Assembly (NCBI GenBank): GCA_965644265.1
Contig: OZ286466.1
Location: forward strand, 19,902,001 to 19,966,000
Direction: 5' to 3'
Length of the DNA: 64,000 bases
From: Glycera tridactyla
Taxonomy: Eukaryota
Shown here: positions 46,633 through 60,627 of the stretch, in pieces
Layout: each line of letters opens with the position of its first letter
Numbering within the stretch: position 1 is the stretch's first letter
Notes under the pieces: generated by a model
The model's input: the letters and a program-made list of their open reading frames with translations, nothing else
Told to the model about the DNA's origin: nothing
Database searches by the model: none
Program-made: the position numbers and the translations under genes

Positions 46633-49144
46633 CCCATAAGCAATCAGGATGAAACGAAACATAGATTTCGAGGACACATAGCAACACATAGATTTTAACG
46701 ACTGAAGCAACATTTCATGTCAATGCAGTTGATATTTTGCAATAAGGGTAGGTGTCAGTTGTCATCTCCAATGCACCTCAATAGACAACGTGACTGACTG
46801 AAAAGACCTGACTATTTTCTGATAATTGATAGTAGTAATATTGAGATAAAGCCCAGCAAAAATCAATTTACATAAACCCCCTTGCCAGAATCTTCCAGGT
46901 GCAGGTCAGTTGATTGATTGGCGCATAGTTTTACATCCAATGAGCGTCATCTGGGCTATACCGAGACGCTCACGCAATTGGCATGGATAGTATCATTCAA
47001 TACTTCTCCTTCCAGGGCTCCATCCTAACAGAAGGTGTACATGTATTAGATTCATGGACATTCAAATGTAATTTCTGGTGAAATCAGCTCATACTGAGAT
47101 GTACTTAATGAGATGAGATAGTAGTCGTTGATAATCAACCACCAAACCTGGGATGGTATGATATTCATGTAGCTTGATGGTAGATTCGAGCTGATCGGTT
47201 CCCTGTAGTGTAAAAGTTCTCCCAACCGATCGATAGATGAGCCCTGACCAGACCACACCTTGGCTGCTTTGTGCACCGAGGAGAGTATTTGAATACCTGT
47301 CCAAATTGACTGATTACCGTTTTTATACTTTCGCCCACGTGATATCTCTCACGTTTGGACACCATCTGCTACCATACACAATGCATATACACTCATCCTA
47401 CACTCGGTTAACCCTTTACTTCCCAAGAGAGATATTTCAGGATCCAGTCAATATCTTATGGACAATCTTCGTGGAGAGACATGTCAGATAGGACGTCTTG
47501 AGCGTCTGTGAACTTCATGATTTTTCACCCTCCGTTCAGTTGCTGAAATGGCACCTTATGTGTCTGTGAATTTCATATCATTTCACCTTCCATTGGGGAC
47601 CCAGAAGGAGGAGTCTTGGAAGATCCCACCCATGCCCATTGCATGGGCGTCACAATATAGCCCAGATGGTGCTGAGGTGACGTTAAACCAGAACCAACCA
47701 ACCAACCAACCCTCCGTTCAGGGCCAAAAAAGACGTCTAGAATGATCTGATTCATGCTCATTGTATGGCAACCTCAATGAAGCTCAGATGGTGCTCATGG
47801 GAGGAGCCATCCAACTCCGTGAATAGCGGATGCTCTCAAGAATTGCGACTGCATAATTTCATATACCCTTTCTAAAGAATATCTACCACTGACCCAGTCA
47901 GTGTGAAGATCTCTTGAAATAACAAGAAAAAGACTAAGATAACCTGAATCTGGCGATGAGCCTTTCTTTTCTTCACAAAACGAATTTGCGATATCGCATC
48001 AATGTTCTCTCATCCATCTATCCAAGAACTGATTATTTTTTCCATTTTTCCATTGATCGATTCACCTATCCATCCATCCATCCATCCATCTACCCATTCC
48101 ATTAATTTATCAATTCTTCCTCACATCTAGCCGTTCACGTGTTCATCCACAATTCATTCATTCAATCGGACAATTGTCTCATGGGCCAGCAGGGCAATGT
48201 CGCAAATCATGATACAATGATGAATTTTTAAGAGTGCAAAGAAACCATGAGAGACCTCACAAACATGGGACTGGGGAATTCCTCACAAGGAAACAAGATC
48301 ACGCAGAACTTGCATAAACAACAAGTGGATTCGCTGGTGTATTTTTGTATCCAAACTGAACAGCCATACCTCGTATCAAATGTTTGTTTGTTTGTTTGTT
48401 TGAGGTTTAACGGCATGTATCAACCCACAGGATTATGTATGCCGTGTGTTCCTGGTCAATGAAAGCTAGATGTTCTCTCCCCTGCAGACATCACTCTCAC
48501 AAACCTTGAACACAAGATGATGGGGAACCTGAGAGGTTGTCAAGTGGAAGTAGCTGACAGTTCAGACACACCTCTACCTACTCTTCATGAACAAAGTGAA
48601 TCTAATGATGGCATATCTAACTATGTAACTGGCTGGAAGCTAACACTCAAGCCTGATAGCAATGCTTTTTTTTTTTGCAAAGCGCAGCACTTGACACTTG
48701 GAAAAGCATTAGATTCGGAGAATACTCCACCGATGTGTTCAATTACAAACTGTCAACTTCAAACCAGCTTTACAATAAGTCACGTCAAATATGAGTTGAC
48801 CACGATATCTGCGATGAGGCAGGCAGCCAGTGAAAACCATATTTGTGATATTTGAGTCTATCCAGAATGCAGTTCTATATAGTGCAGCAAATCACTAGGA
48901 GGGAGACAGCTATCACAATGGAGAGATTTCCAGGTGTCTACCATGTCAAAATAAAGCAACAGCTGGTCACAGATACCAATCGCATCCATTGCCACTTATT
49001 TGTCGATAAGCCTCATACAGAAAAGAGCACGCCAACCACCGATTCAGGGGGAGCCCCTCGCTACAATGCTGAAGAATTGACTCACTGTTGCATTGGCTGA
49101 CATACGAAGCCGCTGCATTAGCTTTCCTCGTGTATCATCCTATT

Positions 49145-49348
49145 CACTGATAACTAGCCCCCTGATTGTCTAGTCCCTGGGGTGCACCACCTGATTGTCT
49201 AGTCACTGATCGCTAACCCCCCGATTGTCTAGTCACTGATCACTAGCCCCCTGATTGTCTAGTCACTGATCACTAGCCCTCTAATTGTTCTAGTAACTGA
49301 TCACTAGCCCTCTGATTGTCTAATCACGGATCACTAGCCCCTGATTGC
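49145..49348. repeat. 30-bp minisatellite, ~7 units
   Basis: ctgattgtctagtcactgatcactagcccc repeated. Confidence 0.93.
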
Positions 49349-49689
49349 ATCGGAGACTCCCTCTCTAGGGTCCCACGGGGAAAGCAAAAATCTATGAAAT
49401 TCATAGACAATCGGGGTGTTGTAATAAAGGACACAGGTTGCAACAGCATACCAGACATAGGTCTGATCTTTTGCTATTTTCTATACGTTCGCTTTGATTT
49501 TAATATCTGCTGCCCCACGTCTGTCTAAGTTGAGATTTTCGTCTACTGTCTCTATTGTTTATTTTCATTTCTGGGATCAGGCAAGATGTCTACTGACGCA
49601 TGAAAAAATGCTGGATGGCAGGCACTCCGTTCTCCGTTTTTAATGCTCCTTCCTGTGCATGAAAATGTTGGTACATGTGGGACAGTGTG

Positions 49690-49738
<49 letters not shown>

Positions 49739-51989
49739 TGCGCCATGTCCCCCGGCCCTCCTTGAAAAGGGCATTATTAAGTTTGGTCGTCCGGAATTGG
49801 TCGTCCAGAATAAGTCATCTCGTCCAATGACCGAAAAGATATGCATGTCCTAAGTTGAAAAATCGATTATGATAACACAATCACTGACCTTTGAGGATAT
49901 GAGATATCATGAATACCGTCTTTTTCACATCATAATTCTGAACCTGATATATATTCCACGAAATCATCTCATATGCATTAATTGTTCACCCAGAGAACCA
50001 CAGAAAAAATGAGCTTTTTTGGGGGGGCGGGCATTATCTGTCATGTTTTGAGGTATATAATTCAACTATGAAGCAATTTTGCTCTTATGCAGTGGCCAAA
50101 AATATCTGACCTAGTAAAGGCCATGTATATCAATCTCAAGATCACAAGGGTAGTGCTGTGGTAAACATCTTGAGTGCTTTTTTAATTTTACAAATTTTCA
50201 CTGCTCATTGCATGGGCGTCTCATTAAGATGGTGTCCATGGGGCTCAAAACAACCAACCGATTCTATTTGGGATGCCTGATATTTACATGCTATCGGCTA
50301 AGAGTAGCGTGTCACAAGTGATCTATTGCAGTGAATATCCAAAGAGCAAGTAAAACCAGGTATATATCAACCACTTTGCTTCTCATCAACAGCCTAATGT
50401 GTGCTAAGCAATAGTTGGTGATTAAAAACGTTGGTTGAGTGTTCGTGATCCTAGTACATTTCCCTTTTTCAAGTACTTCGCTTGGTTGGAAAGCGTCCTT
50501 TTTATCATGTGCCTGGTATGGATAGCAGGCGACACCTGGTGTTTATAACATGATCATCTGCTCTGTTAAAGTGAGGTCAAGTTCAGCAAGGAATGAATGA
50601 ACACAAAACATGGTTATGTACTGTATGTGCATCACAATATAGCTTAGTGAAACACACCACGATGAGCACATTTTCTCGCCTGTCTCACGTCACTGCGGAT
50701 CCAGGGAAGGAGGATATAAAAGCGAGTTGGTAGTTGAGCACATCCGCATTGAGGAGAGTTGAACCTCAAGTTGCGTCCAGCTGTGTCCAGGATGCGNNNN
50801 NNNNNNNNNNNNNNNNNNNNNNNNNNNNNNNNNNNNNNNNNNNNNNNNNNNNNNNNNNNNNNNNNNNNNNNNNNNNNNNNNNNNNNNNNNNNNNNNNNNN
50901 NNNNNNNNNNNNNNNNNNNNNNNNNNNNNNNNNNNNNNNNNNNNNNNNNNNNNNNNNNNNNNNNNNNNNNNNNNNNNNNNNNNNNNNNNNNNNNNNNNNN
51001 NAGTACTAAAGTATGTCAAGTCAAATCGTGGCGGGTACGTTTTTCGCCCTAGCATCGCGAATTCGCATCAGATCGAAATGAAACTTGCAGGCAGACATTG
51101 TGGGCATCGACGATTAGAAATGTGATGACGGCGGAGTTCCCTTGTTTATTTCACCTTAGAACGCCGAGAAAATGCAATGAAATGATAGTGTAATCTTCTT
51201 CTAAAGCATACAGACCACCCGAGACTAGTCTCAATAACCGCCGGAAGACCTGTATAATCCATCCGTGCCATTAAAAGTCAAATCAGACGAAAATTGGCGA
51301 CTTAGCGTGTGAAACCTACCCACCACATTTGGAGTTTAGGATATACCACCTGGAGTGGGCTGTTTACACGCCTCGAGATTGCCAAACTGTATAGATGACC
51401 TTGCGTTCCATCGATCCTTGATCATTCTTGTGGCAGCTAATTTCATCAAATGAAGTAATGTGAACAAGTTCATCTTCGACTGCCCCCGTCATCATACTCC
51501 AAGTCGGATTGGCTTAGAGTCAAACTAGGCCTGTAGGCCAAAAAAGGATGCCAGATAAAGGAGAAATCAACTAAAGTGCGAAAAACCATCTTTCAATCGA
51601 GAAATTCAGGCTTGATGTTACTGATTTATATTTAGGACCAAAATCCAGCCTCAAATACAACATAAGTTATATTGATACTCAGCTAACATTTAGGAATTCA
51701 GCAATTCAGGTGGAATCCCTGGGTAAGATATGTGAGGAGAAAAAATGCCAGCAAAATCCAACTAGAGAGCAAAATTCGATTCTGTGTATTCAATTTTATC
51801 ACCAGGTAGGAATTGTATTGTTTTCGGTGATTTTTGGGCTAGGTTCAGCACAGTGATTTTCAATATTTTTATTAATAAACTGCTTGAAACCCACTTAAAA
51901 TGGGATGAATCAAATAATGCTTTGATACGTAGCGAGCATGAATTACCAGCGAGTGCACCAAGAAACTGGATGCACTCAGTGAGTGCGAA

Positions 51990-52570
51990 TGCACTTAGTG
52001 ACCTTGAAATTCAATTGAAATCCAGAATCATTAGGTGTCTCACTAGACCCTAGGGGAGTCTGTACACCAAATTTGAGAAGGATAGCCCTGAACCTTTTTG
52101 AGTTATAGTTTGGAAACCGTTTTGACCTTTTTGCACTTAGTGACCTTGAAATTCAAGATGGCTGCCCCGATATCAATAAGTGTTCTACCAAACCCTAGGG
52201 GAGTCTGTACACCAAATTTGAGAAGGCTGGCCCTGAAACTTTTCAAGTTATTGGTCGGAAACCGTTTTGACTTTTTTGCACTCAGTGACCTTGAAATTCA
52301 AGATAGCCACCCCACTATCAAAAGGTTTCTTGTTAGACCCTAGGGGAGTCTGTATACCAAGTTTGAGAAGGTTCACCCTGAAACTTTTCAAGTTATTGAT
52401 CAGAAACCATTATGAACTTTTTGCACTTAGTGACCTTGAAATTGGAGATTGCCGCCCAAAATCGATAGGTGTCTTGCTAGACCCTTGGGGAGTCTGTACA
52501 CCAAGTTTTAGAAGGCTCACCTTGGGACTTTTCAAGTTATTGGTCAGAAACCATTTTGACCTTTTTGAAC
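51990..52570. repeat. Tandem repeat, ~145-bp unit, 4 copies
   Basis: gcacttagtgaccttgaaatt...gaccctaggggagtctgtacaccaaatttgagaagg...ttttgaccttttt at about 51991, 52133, 52278 and 52423. Confidence 0.93.
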
Positions 52571-55500
52571 CCAGTCACATGTGTGAAAATGGTGGAGATT
52601 GGCCAACCTTTGATTTGAGGTGGAATTTCATGTCTTCAGACCCTTGAAGGCTCATATTTTTCTTGCCATGAGAACCAATTCAAGGCATTTCTGTCAAAAC
52701 AGGGTCCAGATCCATGATGCACACTTTACCCTGCTATCATATATGTGAAAACAGTGTATATTGGCCTACCTACATTTTTTGTGTGAAATATCAGGTTTTG
52801 CACCTTGAGGAGCTCATGTTGGGGTTGCCATGAGAGCCAATCAATGGCAGTTCAGTCAAAATGCGCACCAGATCCATGATACACACCTACCCTGCTATCA
52901 TATGTGTGAAAACAGTGTTGGCCAAGCTTAATTTTTAGGTGAAATTTCAGGCTTCTTGACACCTGGAATCTCATGCCACACACAGTCACATGCACACACA
53001 CTCACACACACACACACACACACACACAACATCACACAAATAGATACATGATATCATGCATATTAGTACCAACATATTTTTGCCCCCGAATTCAAAATAA
53101 TGTGGAATGTTCTCTAGGGTTCAGTATTGTTGAAGTTAGCATTTATCAACCTGGAGAATTGTGTATGCTGTGCGTTTCTGGCCTATGAAAGATAAATGTT
53201 CACTACTTATAGGCATCACTTTCACAATCCCTGAACAAGATGATTGGATCCAGAAAATTGTGTGGTGGAAGCAGCTGACGATTCAGACATTTAAAAACCA
53301 ATACAGATAGGATGGATGGTCAACATGAATGCATGCAGCCCCCCCCCCCTGCCCCGACACACACGAAGACACGAACACACACACGAACACACACACACAC
53401 ACACACACATGCCTTATCATTCCTCATCCTTTGCATAAACGTGTCAGTCTACCAGTCTGTGGGTACTGCGTGTCAGTCTGCAGGTAGTAACCCCCCCCCC
53501 CCCCTCACCATTACTGCCAGGCAGCAAGTAGCCCTACTCCACAGAGTTACATGTGGTTGGCATGTGGTAGGGGGTGGGGCGACACACCCCTCCCCCACCT
53601 GCCGCCATCTCGCTCTGTGACCTACTCCAAACTGGTGTGCACGCCGGTGCACACACACTCACACACACAACCTAACAACCTACAACTTGCCATGTACGTC
53701 AAATTACACAAAACAGAAGTTTACAAAGAGTACTCGCATGGAAGACATGGGGAACTACTGGCATAAATTGCCACCGAGATGATAAATTCCTTGTTGCCAT
53801 GGTCAAACCATCATAAAGCCTGCCCAGTCCTAGCCTGACCTCATCACAGTCATGGCAGAGATACTAGGGCTGACTGAGACCATACCTCGTATGTGTGCAT
53901 TTGTGTTTGTATGTATGTGTGTGTTTGTATGTATGTGTGAGTGTTTCTGTCTGTCTGTGTATGTATTGAGAGAAAGAGACGAGTGGGGCGGAGTGAGAGA
54001 GAGGGATGGAAACAGAGGAGGGAGAGAGGTGGACAGAGTAAGTTTCAGCCGAAGCTCATCTGAAGACCGCCTCACTATAATGACCATCTATCTATAAAGA
54101 CCACCACGAGCAGTGACCTTGGTATCTTTCACAGGAAATGATCTCTCTATGACAACCACATCCCTATAAAGATCACTTTTATGCACCGGAAGGTGGTCTT
54201 TAAATAGAGGTTCGACTGTACATGAGTAACAGACAGACAGTTGGATGGACGAACAGAGAGATGGATGGTTGGATAAATGAATGGGTGGATGGATTGACAG
54301 AGAGACAGATGGATGAACAGACTGACGGTTGGACAGACAGAGAGACGGGTGGATAGGCAAATGGATAGGCAGACAGACAGCAGATGGATGAAAGGAATCC
54401 GTCACATCATGTCCGTCTCTGCTCAGACTGACATGTCAGCACACGGCAGAAAATTGCTGCTGAGCAATAACCTAGCCCCGGTTTAAAGTTGCCGATGATC
54501 TCCGTACGTCTTCCACCCAGACTGGGATATGACTCCTCTCGCTGGTGGATTTACCAGCAAATCGCCCCCGAACAAACTCGCCACGAACAAGGATGCCCCT
54601 GGCAGCGGCTACTGTACCCGCTCGGCGATCGACGGCTCGGCGATTCACTGGGAGGCTGATTGTCACCTTGCGGTCTCTATAGGCTGTACTCAGAACGCCA
54701 AATTATTGAGCTCCATTTAACCAATGTTCCCAGTGATGAAATTCGCCATGTCCCCGACTATACAGACCATGTCTACCCAGTGTATGTTGACAGGGCAAAG
54801 ATCGGAATTGAAACCGCGTAGATGTGAACGTTGCTTTACAAGACACGCCTCTCCTCGACCTGTCAGCCACCGCGATCTCGCGACAAGTGACTGTGACTGC
54901 TGCAGTGCGATCAGCTGTCACTCGAGCTTGGGATCAAGACAACCTAGACCGCTTGTACCCAGGAAACAAGACAGGTCGTACCCCGTACGCGGAACCACTT
55001 GTACCCTCGGCGACGCTGGTTCATGGGGAGGCTGATTGTAACCTTGCGGTCTCGTGATTCCCGTATAGCGGTCTCGGTTACGAGATGTCCGTCATTCCTC
55101 GAGCTCAGTATCAGTCGGCATAGAAAGACGTAGAAAGCGACAGTTTCGGGGCTGAATAAGCATTTGCATGAACTCACAGTTGGAGCGATCGTATGATTGG
55201 ATTCCTAGTCATTCGATCATGTGATATCCATACATAAATCTCAAAAATACGTCGTATATTCGCCAGAAACAGTGGAAATTTAAACAGCTGATCAAGTGGC
55301 ATCTTCTTCCGTGAGCGCTGCCATGTTGGATCTGGCCTCATTCACTCGGCCTATGGGCTGCTTCTTACTCTCAAAGATAACCATTAAATATCAATAGTTC
55401 ACTTATCAATCAAAAAATCATGCGATCAAACATTTGATTGACTTTAACAATCAAAATCTTATAACTTATATCCATAATATCCATCAAAACTTCAGTTTGA

Positions 55501-56744
55501 AATGAACAAGAAAAAGTAGAGTTTATTCATATCATTATCAGTATATAACCATATATAGAGCCAACATCGATCATGAACTGGTCAGAAATCTCTTGAAGTT
55601 GGAGCCATTTTTATGAAAAGTAGACTCAAAAAGTGCTATCCAAGTGATACATACAAAGCAGACGGGCCTTTACAACAACCCTAGCAGTTTTCATAAGATT
55701 CAAAGCAGTATATCACCATCAATTGGCTGCCTGAAAAAAAACTGTTAAAATATGTTCAAATTTTTGACATCTAAACTGCAGTCCCAATGGGAGTGGTAAG
55801 AAGAAGGCTGCCTGCAAGGCAGGCATCCTTAAAAATGGTGGTATTGTTGCTCACATGAGATACTCGGTGCACGGAAGGCGAGAGAGATGACTACTTCAGC
55901 ATCATGATGATTTGTGAAGTGAATATCACCATGTACGTCCTGTTTTTCCCTGGGCAATTGTACAAGGACAGATATTTGATCTTTTGACGTAAGCCATGCT
56001 CACTTTCCGGCCTTGATCGTATGCAGCAGTGTATGCAATATATATAGCCAGTAGATTGAAAATACATCAGTGATAGAAAAGCTGTCTCCGCCTCGCACTA
56101 TTCGCTATTCACACTGCACTCCCCCCCCCCCCCATTTCCTTCCTTCCTTCCTTCACACCCTCACTCTCCCTTTCTTTCACTCCCTATCTAATTATCTCTC
56201 ACTCCCTCTCACTGTCTCTTTCTCACACTCCCCCGTCTCTCTCTCTCTCTCTTTCCTCTCTCTATCTCTCTCTATTAGGCAGCTCGAATATGTATAGTAA
56301 CTTGAGGGCGTGTCCAAGGCAGCGCATGAATAGAGACTAATTAGGTCATGGTGAAAGAGCATCGGCGGGCAGACCCGTCACACTCCACTGCATTCACACA
56401 CGTTCGTGCTAGCAGTAGGAACGCTCGCCACCATCGACTTCAATNNNNNNNNNNNNNNNNNNNNNNNNNNNNNNNNNNNNNNNNNNNNNNNNNNNNNNNN
56501 NNNNNNNNNNNNNNNNNNNNNNNNNNNNNNNNNNNNNNNNNNNNNNNNNNNNNNNNNNNNNNNNNNNNNNNNNNNNNNNNNNNNNNNNNNNNNNNNNNNN
56601 NNNNNNNNNNNNNNNNNNAGGAGAATAGACATGAAAGTAACAATGGATGTGTGTATGCAACAAAATACACGCTGGTCTCGCGGCAAGTGTGGCGGCCATA
56701 TCCCCACTTTTTCACATACAAATATTCTCCGACAACGTTCATTG

Positions 56745-57322
56745 GGACGTCGGCCTTACACCGTTAAATAACCTTTGGATGCTGGCGTTACACTGCTATA
56801 TAACCATTAGACGTCAGCGTTACACCATTATATAACCATTGGACGTCGGCCTTACACCGTTAAATAACCTTTGGATGTTGGCGTTACACTGCTATATAAC
56901 CATTAGACGTCAGCGTCACACCATTAAATAACCATTGGACGTCGGCGTTACACCGTTGAATAACCATCGGACGTTGGCGTTACACCGTTACATAACCATC
57001 GATCGTCGCTGTTACACCATTATATGACCATCAGACGTTGGCGTTACACCATTATATGACCATTGGACGTCGTTGTTACGCCAATATATAACCATTGGAC
57101 GTCGGCGTTACACCGTTAGATAACCATCGGACGTCCGTCTTACACCGTTATATAACCATCAGACGTCGGCGTGACACCGTTAGATAACCATCGGACGTCA
57201 GTCTTACACCGTTATATAACCATCGGATGTCGGCATTACACCGTTATATAACCATCGGATGTCGGCGTTACACCGTTGGATAACCATCGGACGTCAGAGT
57301 TACACCGTTAGATAACCATTGG
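56745..57322. repeat. 32-bp minisatellite, ~18 units
   Basis: gacgtcggcgttacaccgttatataaccatcg repeated head to tail with no unique spacers. Confidence 0.95.
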
Positions 57323-58799
57323 ACAGCCACTTCTAGTCCGATGGATGTCCAGTGGACATCAAAAAGTAGACGGTTGATATCAGTCAGGCTGTTGAAATCA
57401 TCTGGTCGTCCGTTAGACAACAGATAGACATCAACTTTCTGACGTCTAATGGATATCCATATTTGGACCTCCGATAAATCGAATGGCTGGGGACCTTCCT
57501 CGGGTGAGTGAGACATAACTCGGATAAGTGTGGAACAGTATTCATCACAGAACATATACTATATATGAGAAATGAATGAAATATTGCCAAAATGATCTCT
57601 GGATTGACATATATTCCGGGATTCATCAGAGAATAAAATGCACATCCTTACACATGCTACATATTTCAGCCTCGGATATAGGATTTCGTTCTTAAGCTAA
57701 TTGATCAGTTCAAGAAAAACTGTAAACTTTTTGCTAATATTTATAGATCTAAGGAACACTATGTACTTCATGAAATAGTTCTTATATAAATCGAAATTGT
57801 ATGATTTTATAGAAATGTCCCTGAAATAAAGTTGAGAGTCTTTCAGAAAGTATCAGTCATTGGTATGACATTCATAACCCTGACATTATGTTGCTGCTGC
57901 TAACCAAACAACGAAATACTGGATGCAATTATCTGTATTATTCTTTAGAAAATAAAGTTTATTCCAATTACAATTATTTCAATTACATGGAGTCATCTCT
58001 ACAAGTGAATTATCCCGAGATATCACTTCAAGTGCAGATTCCAATGATATCAAATATCAAAATATAGGCCTTTGACTTGTGTTCCCGGCAATGGGATATT
58101 GTTCTGCATATGGGTTGATGGAATTGTTATGCCATGCTTTGTGCAAGCGTATTCCCTGTTACTCTGCTGATTGTATCCGAAAAACACGAAGCATTGTATG
58201 TGATACAAAATATACAGCTACCTTTTGTGAAGAGTAAACAAGAGATTTGCAAAACATAAATCGATACAAAATTCTTCAATAAAGGCTTAGTTACTTCATG
58301 TCAGAAGTACATCCATGCGCGCGTTAATCCCACGATACACTTCACCAATATCCAATCAAGAGATACCCCGTTGTAAGCACAGACACCCAGCTGAATACAC
58401 TTCATGAATATTTTATGCGGAGAAGGCTGGTATCATACTAATTGGGGCTCGCGCTAAAATACATCTGATCCAAATGTCGGGAGTATTCTCCTCACGCCAG
58501 CGTCGCTGCTATGTACATATAGGTTCCGATCATCTTCCCCTCTTCAACCAACTTTCCATCCCTACCCTATTTCTACGTTGAATTGAATGTCCTCTTCAAT
58601 ATTCATCCAAATCTTACCCTATATCTTTTCTGGCCCCAGACTATCTGAAACGTAACTTCGAGTGCGATCAAATTTTGGTTATGTGAACAAGTGTGCCAAG
58701 TTTGGCACTTGTTTCCAAAAGTGCAAAAACATGCCCTTTTTTGGGCTTATCCACTGGACTATTATATCGTTATAGATCTTCGGGATAGTGGGGAATAGC

Positions 58800-59035
58800 C
58801 AGTAGCCACTGAAACCACCACGCCGATCAGCATCTCTATGTAGATGGCGCTGTTAAAAGGCCGATCCATTAGGCGCTCTCGTGACCTAATTGCGTGCGGC
58901 GCGCGACAGATCAAATAACGTCACCATCTGACGTCATGACGTTCAGCATTCACAGACGTCCTTTCCGTCAGACATCACAAAACCACGAAGCCTCAACGCC
59001 AGTATCATTTTGAAAGTGAGCTGATACCGGTAAGG
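58800..59035 (+). promoter_or_regulatory. CpG-rich candidate promoter / 5' UTR exon of paralog 2
   Basis: Local CpG cluster, agatggcgc and tgacgtca motifs, donor-like ccg|gtaagg at 59029/59030, 1.5 kb upstream of the paralog ATG. Confidence 0.35.
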
Positions 59036-59469
59036 AATCGAACTGATGCGAATTCACACGTTAACACACTTATTTATGTTACCTGCTGTTGATGGTTTTT
59101 TGGTGCCTCGAATACCAACAGTATATTTTTTTCAAAACTGTCTCTGCACGGTGGATTTCAATGGGTCCCGGGGGATCCGTGCTATTGTGTTGTTATATCG
59201 GCGACTTTTCTTGATTTTCCACGGAAAAAAAGAATGAAACTCGAAGCAAAAAGTCTTCATCTTCATCCGGCAATTCTATTTGTTCATCGGCACCCGGACA
59301 GATGCAGAGAATGCGGATGGGAGAATGAATCACGCCGACCGTTTTCAGGACGTTTCTCGCAGCGGATGCCAGTCATCGCCATCCTTTGATGTCTGCGTAG
59401 CGGGAGCATCGAGATCTTCTGTATCCTGCGACACCGTGGCGGGAGGGGCAGGCGTGGTGGACACATGTT

Positions 59470-59515
59470 TCTATGTTCGTCTGTCTGTCCGTCCGTCCGT
59501 CAGTCCGTTCTTCCT

Positions 59516-59569
<54 letters not shown>

Positions 59570-59870
59570 GGTCTGTCTGTCTGTCGGTCTGTCGGTCTGT
59601 CGGTCTGTATGTCGGTCTGTATGTCGGTCTGTTTGTCTGTCCATCTTGACTTTCTGGTTATCCCTCTGTCGATTTGTTTGTTTGCCCGCCTGTCTATCGG
59701 CCTGCTCGCCTGTCTGTCCATCCACCCCCGTCTTTCCGTATGTCTATTTGGTCTTATTGTGTCCATCAGTCAGTATGTCCGCGCGTCCGTCCGTGCGTCC
59801 GTCCGTCTGTCCGTCCGTCTGTCCGTCCATTTGTCTATCTTCCATCAATTCGTCTGTCGTTCTGCTTCCG
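59470..59870. repeat. (GTCT)n/(GTCC)n microsatellite region
   Basis: ctgtctgtctgt and gtccgtcc runs; overlapping ORFs are artefacts. Confidence 0.95.
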
Positions 59871-60498
59871 TCTGTTCTGCAAGTATACAAGGGATGTGAC
59901 GGCACTCCCTAATATCGACCACAATGTTATGATTATGGCATTTTGGCATATGACTCGATGGACTCACAAAAAAGCTATTCGCACGAAAAATGCACTGGTA
60001 TGAGTGGTATACTCAACAAAGTATAGTGTGAATGTGCAATTCGAAGACGACTCGCGGCGCATGGCCATAATTCCCGCACAATCTGACATGCGATATCTCC
60101 CAGAAAGACGCATGTAAATTCACATCCTGGCTGCATGCGGACCCTTCTGACTCCATCGAACACATCATAAACTCATTAAACACATGCACTCCATGCTATC
60201 CTTAATCATTTCACAAAATATTGAGAACTGTCATCTCATCAATATGAAACACATTATGTTTATGTTAGCATGGGGTGATTATCAGATGAGAGGATCGTCA
60301 CAGTTCTAAAGAGAACTTGTGAGTTGTGTATGATTGTTCCCAATGTAGTTGACATTTATATGTTTCGCTTGATCTAGCACCGTTTGTTTCTATGAGGAAA
60401 TAGCGTTGGGGGCAGTGTTTGGGAGTGGTGAACCAACGTGGCAGACTCCGAAAAGACGTCGGTACAACTCAAACGTTGGAGCATCCGAAACTATCAAG

Positions 60499-60627
60499 AT
60501 GACGTCCATATTTCGCCCATTGGCGTGGAAAGTTCCCCTGCTGGTGTCGGTCATAATCATCATCTGCTGCTTCCTCACCTATATTACGCCAACTTCACTG
60601 GATGACATCATGCCAAGAATCCACAAG
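60499..60627 (+). CDS. First coding exon (signal anchor) of a tandem METTL24-like paralog, MTSIFRPLAWKVPLLVSVIIIICCFLTYITPTSLDDIMPRIHK; the gene probably continues beyond the window
   Basis: Colinear homology to 15980-16111 (MTSxxRPxAWxVxLLV...IC) and the same phase-0 donor AAG|gtgagt. Confidence 0.82.

Noticed and set aside
56745-57322. CRISPR-like appearance of the 32-bp array (also the 30-bp and 60-bp arrays)
   Set aside because: Units are contiguous with no unique spacers, there are no cas genes, and the context is eukaryotic.
3312-59912. Many listed ORFs rich in X, HT/CV, HPSI, DRQT or LS repeats
   Set aside because: They are translations of microsatellites and N-masked blocks, not genes.
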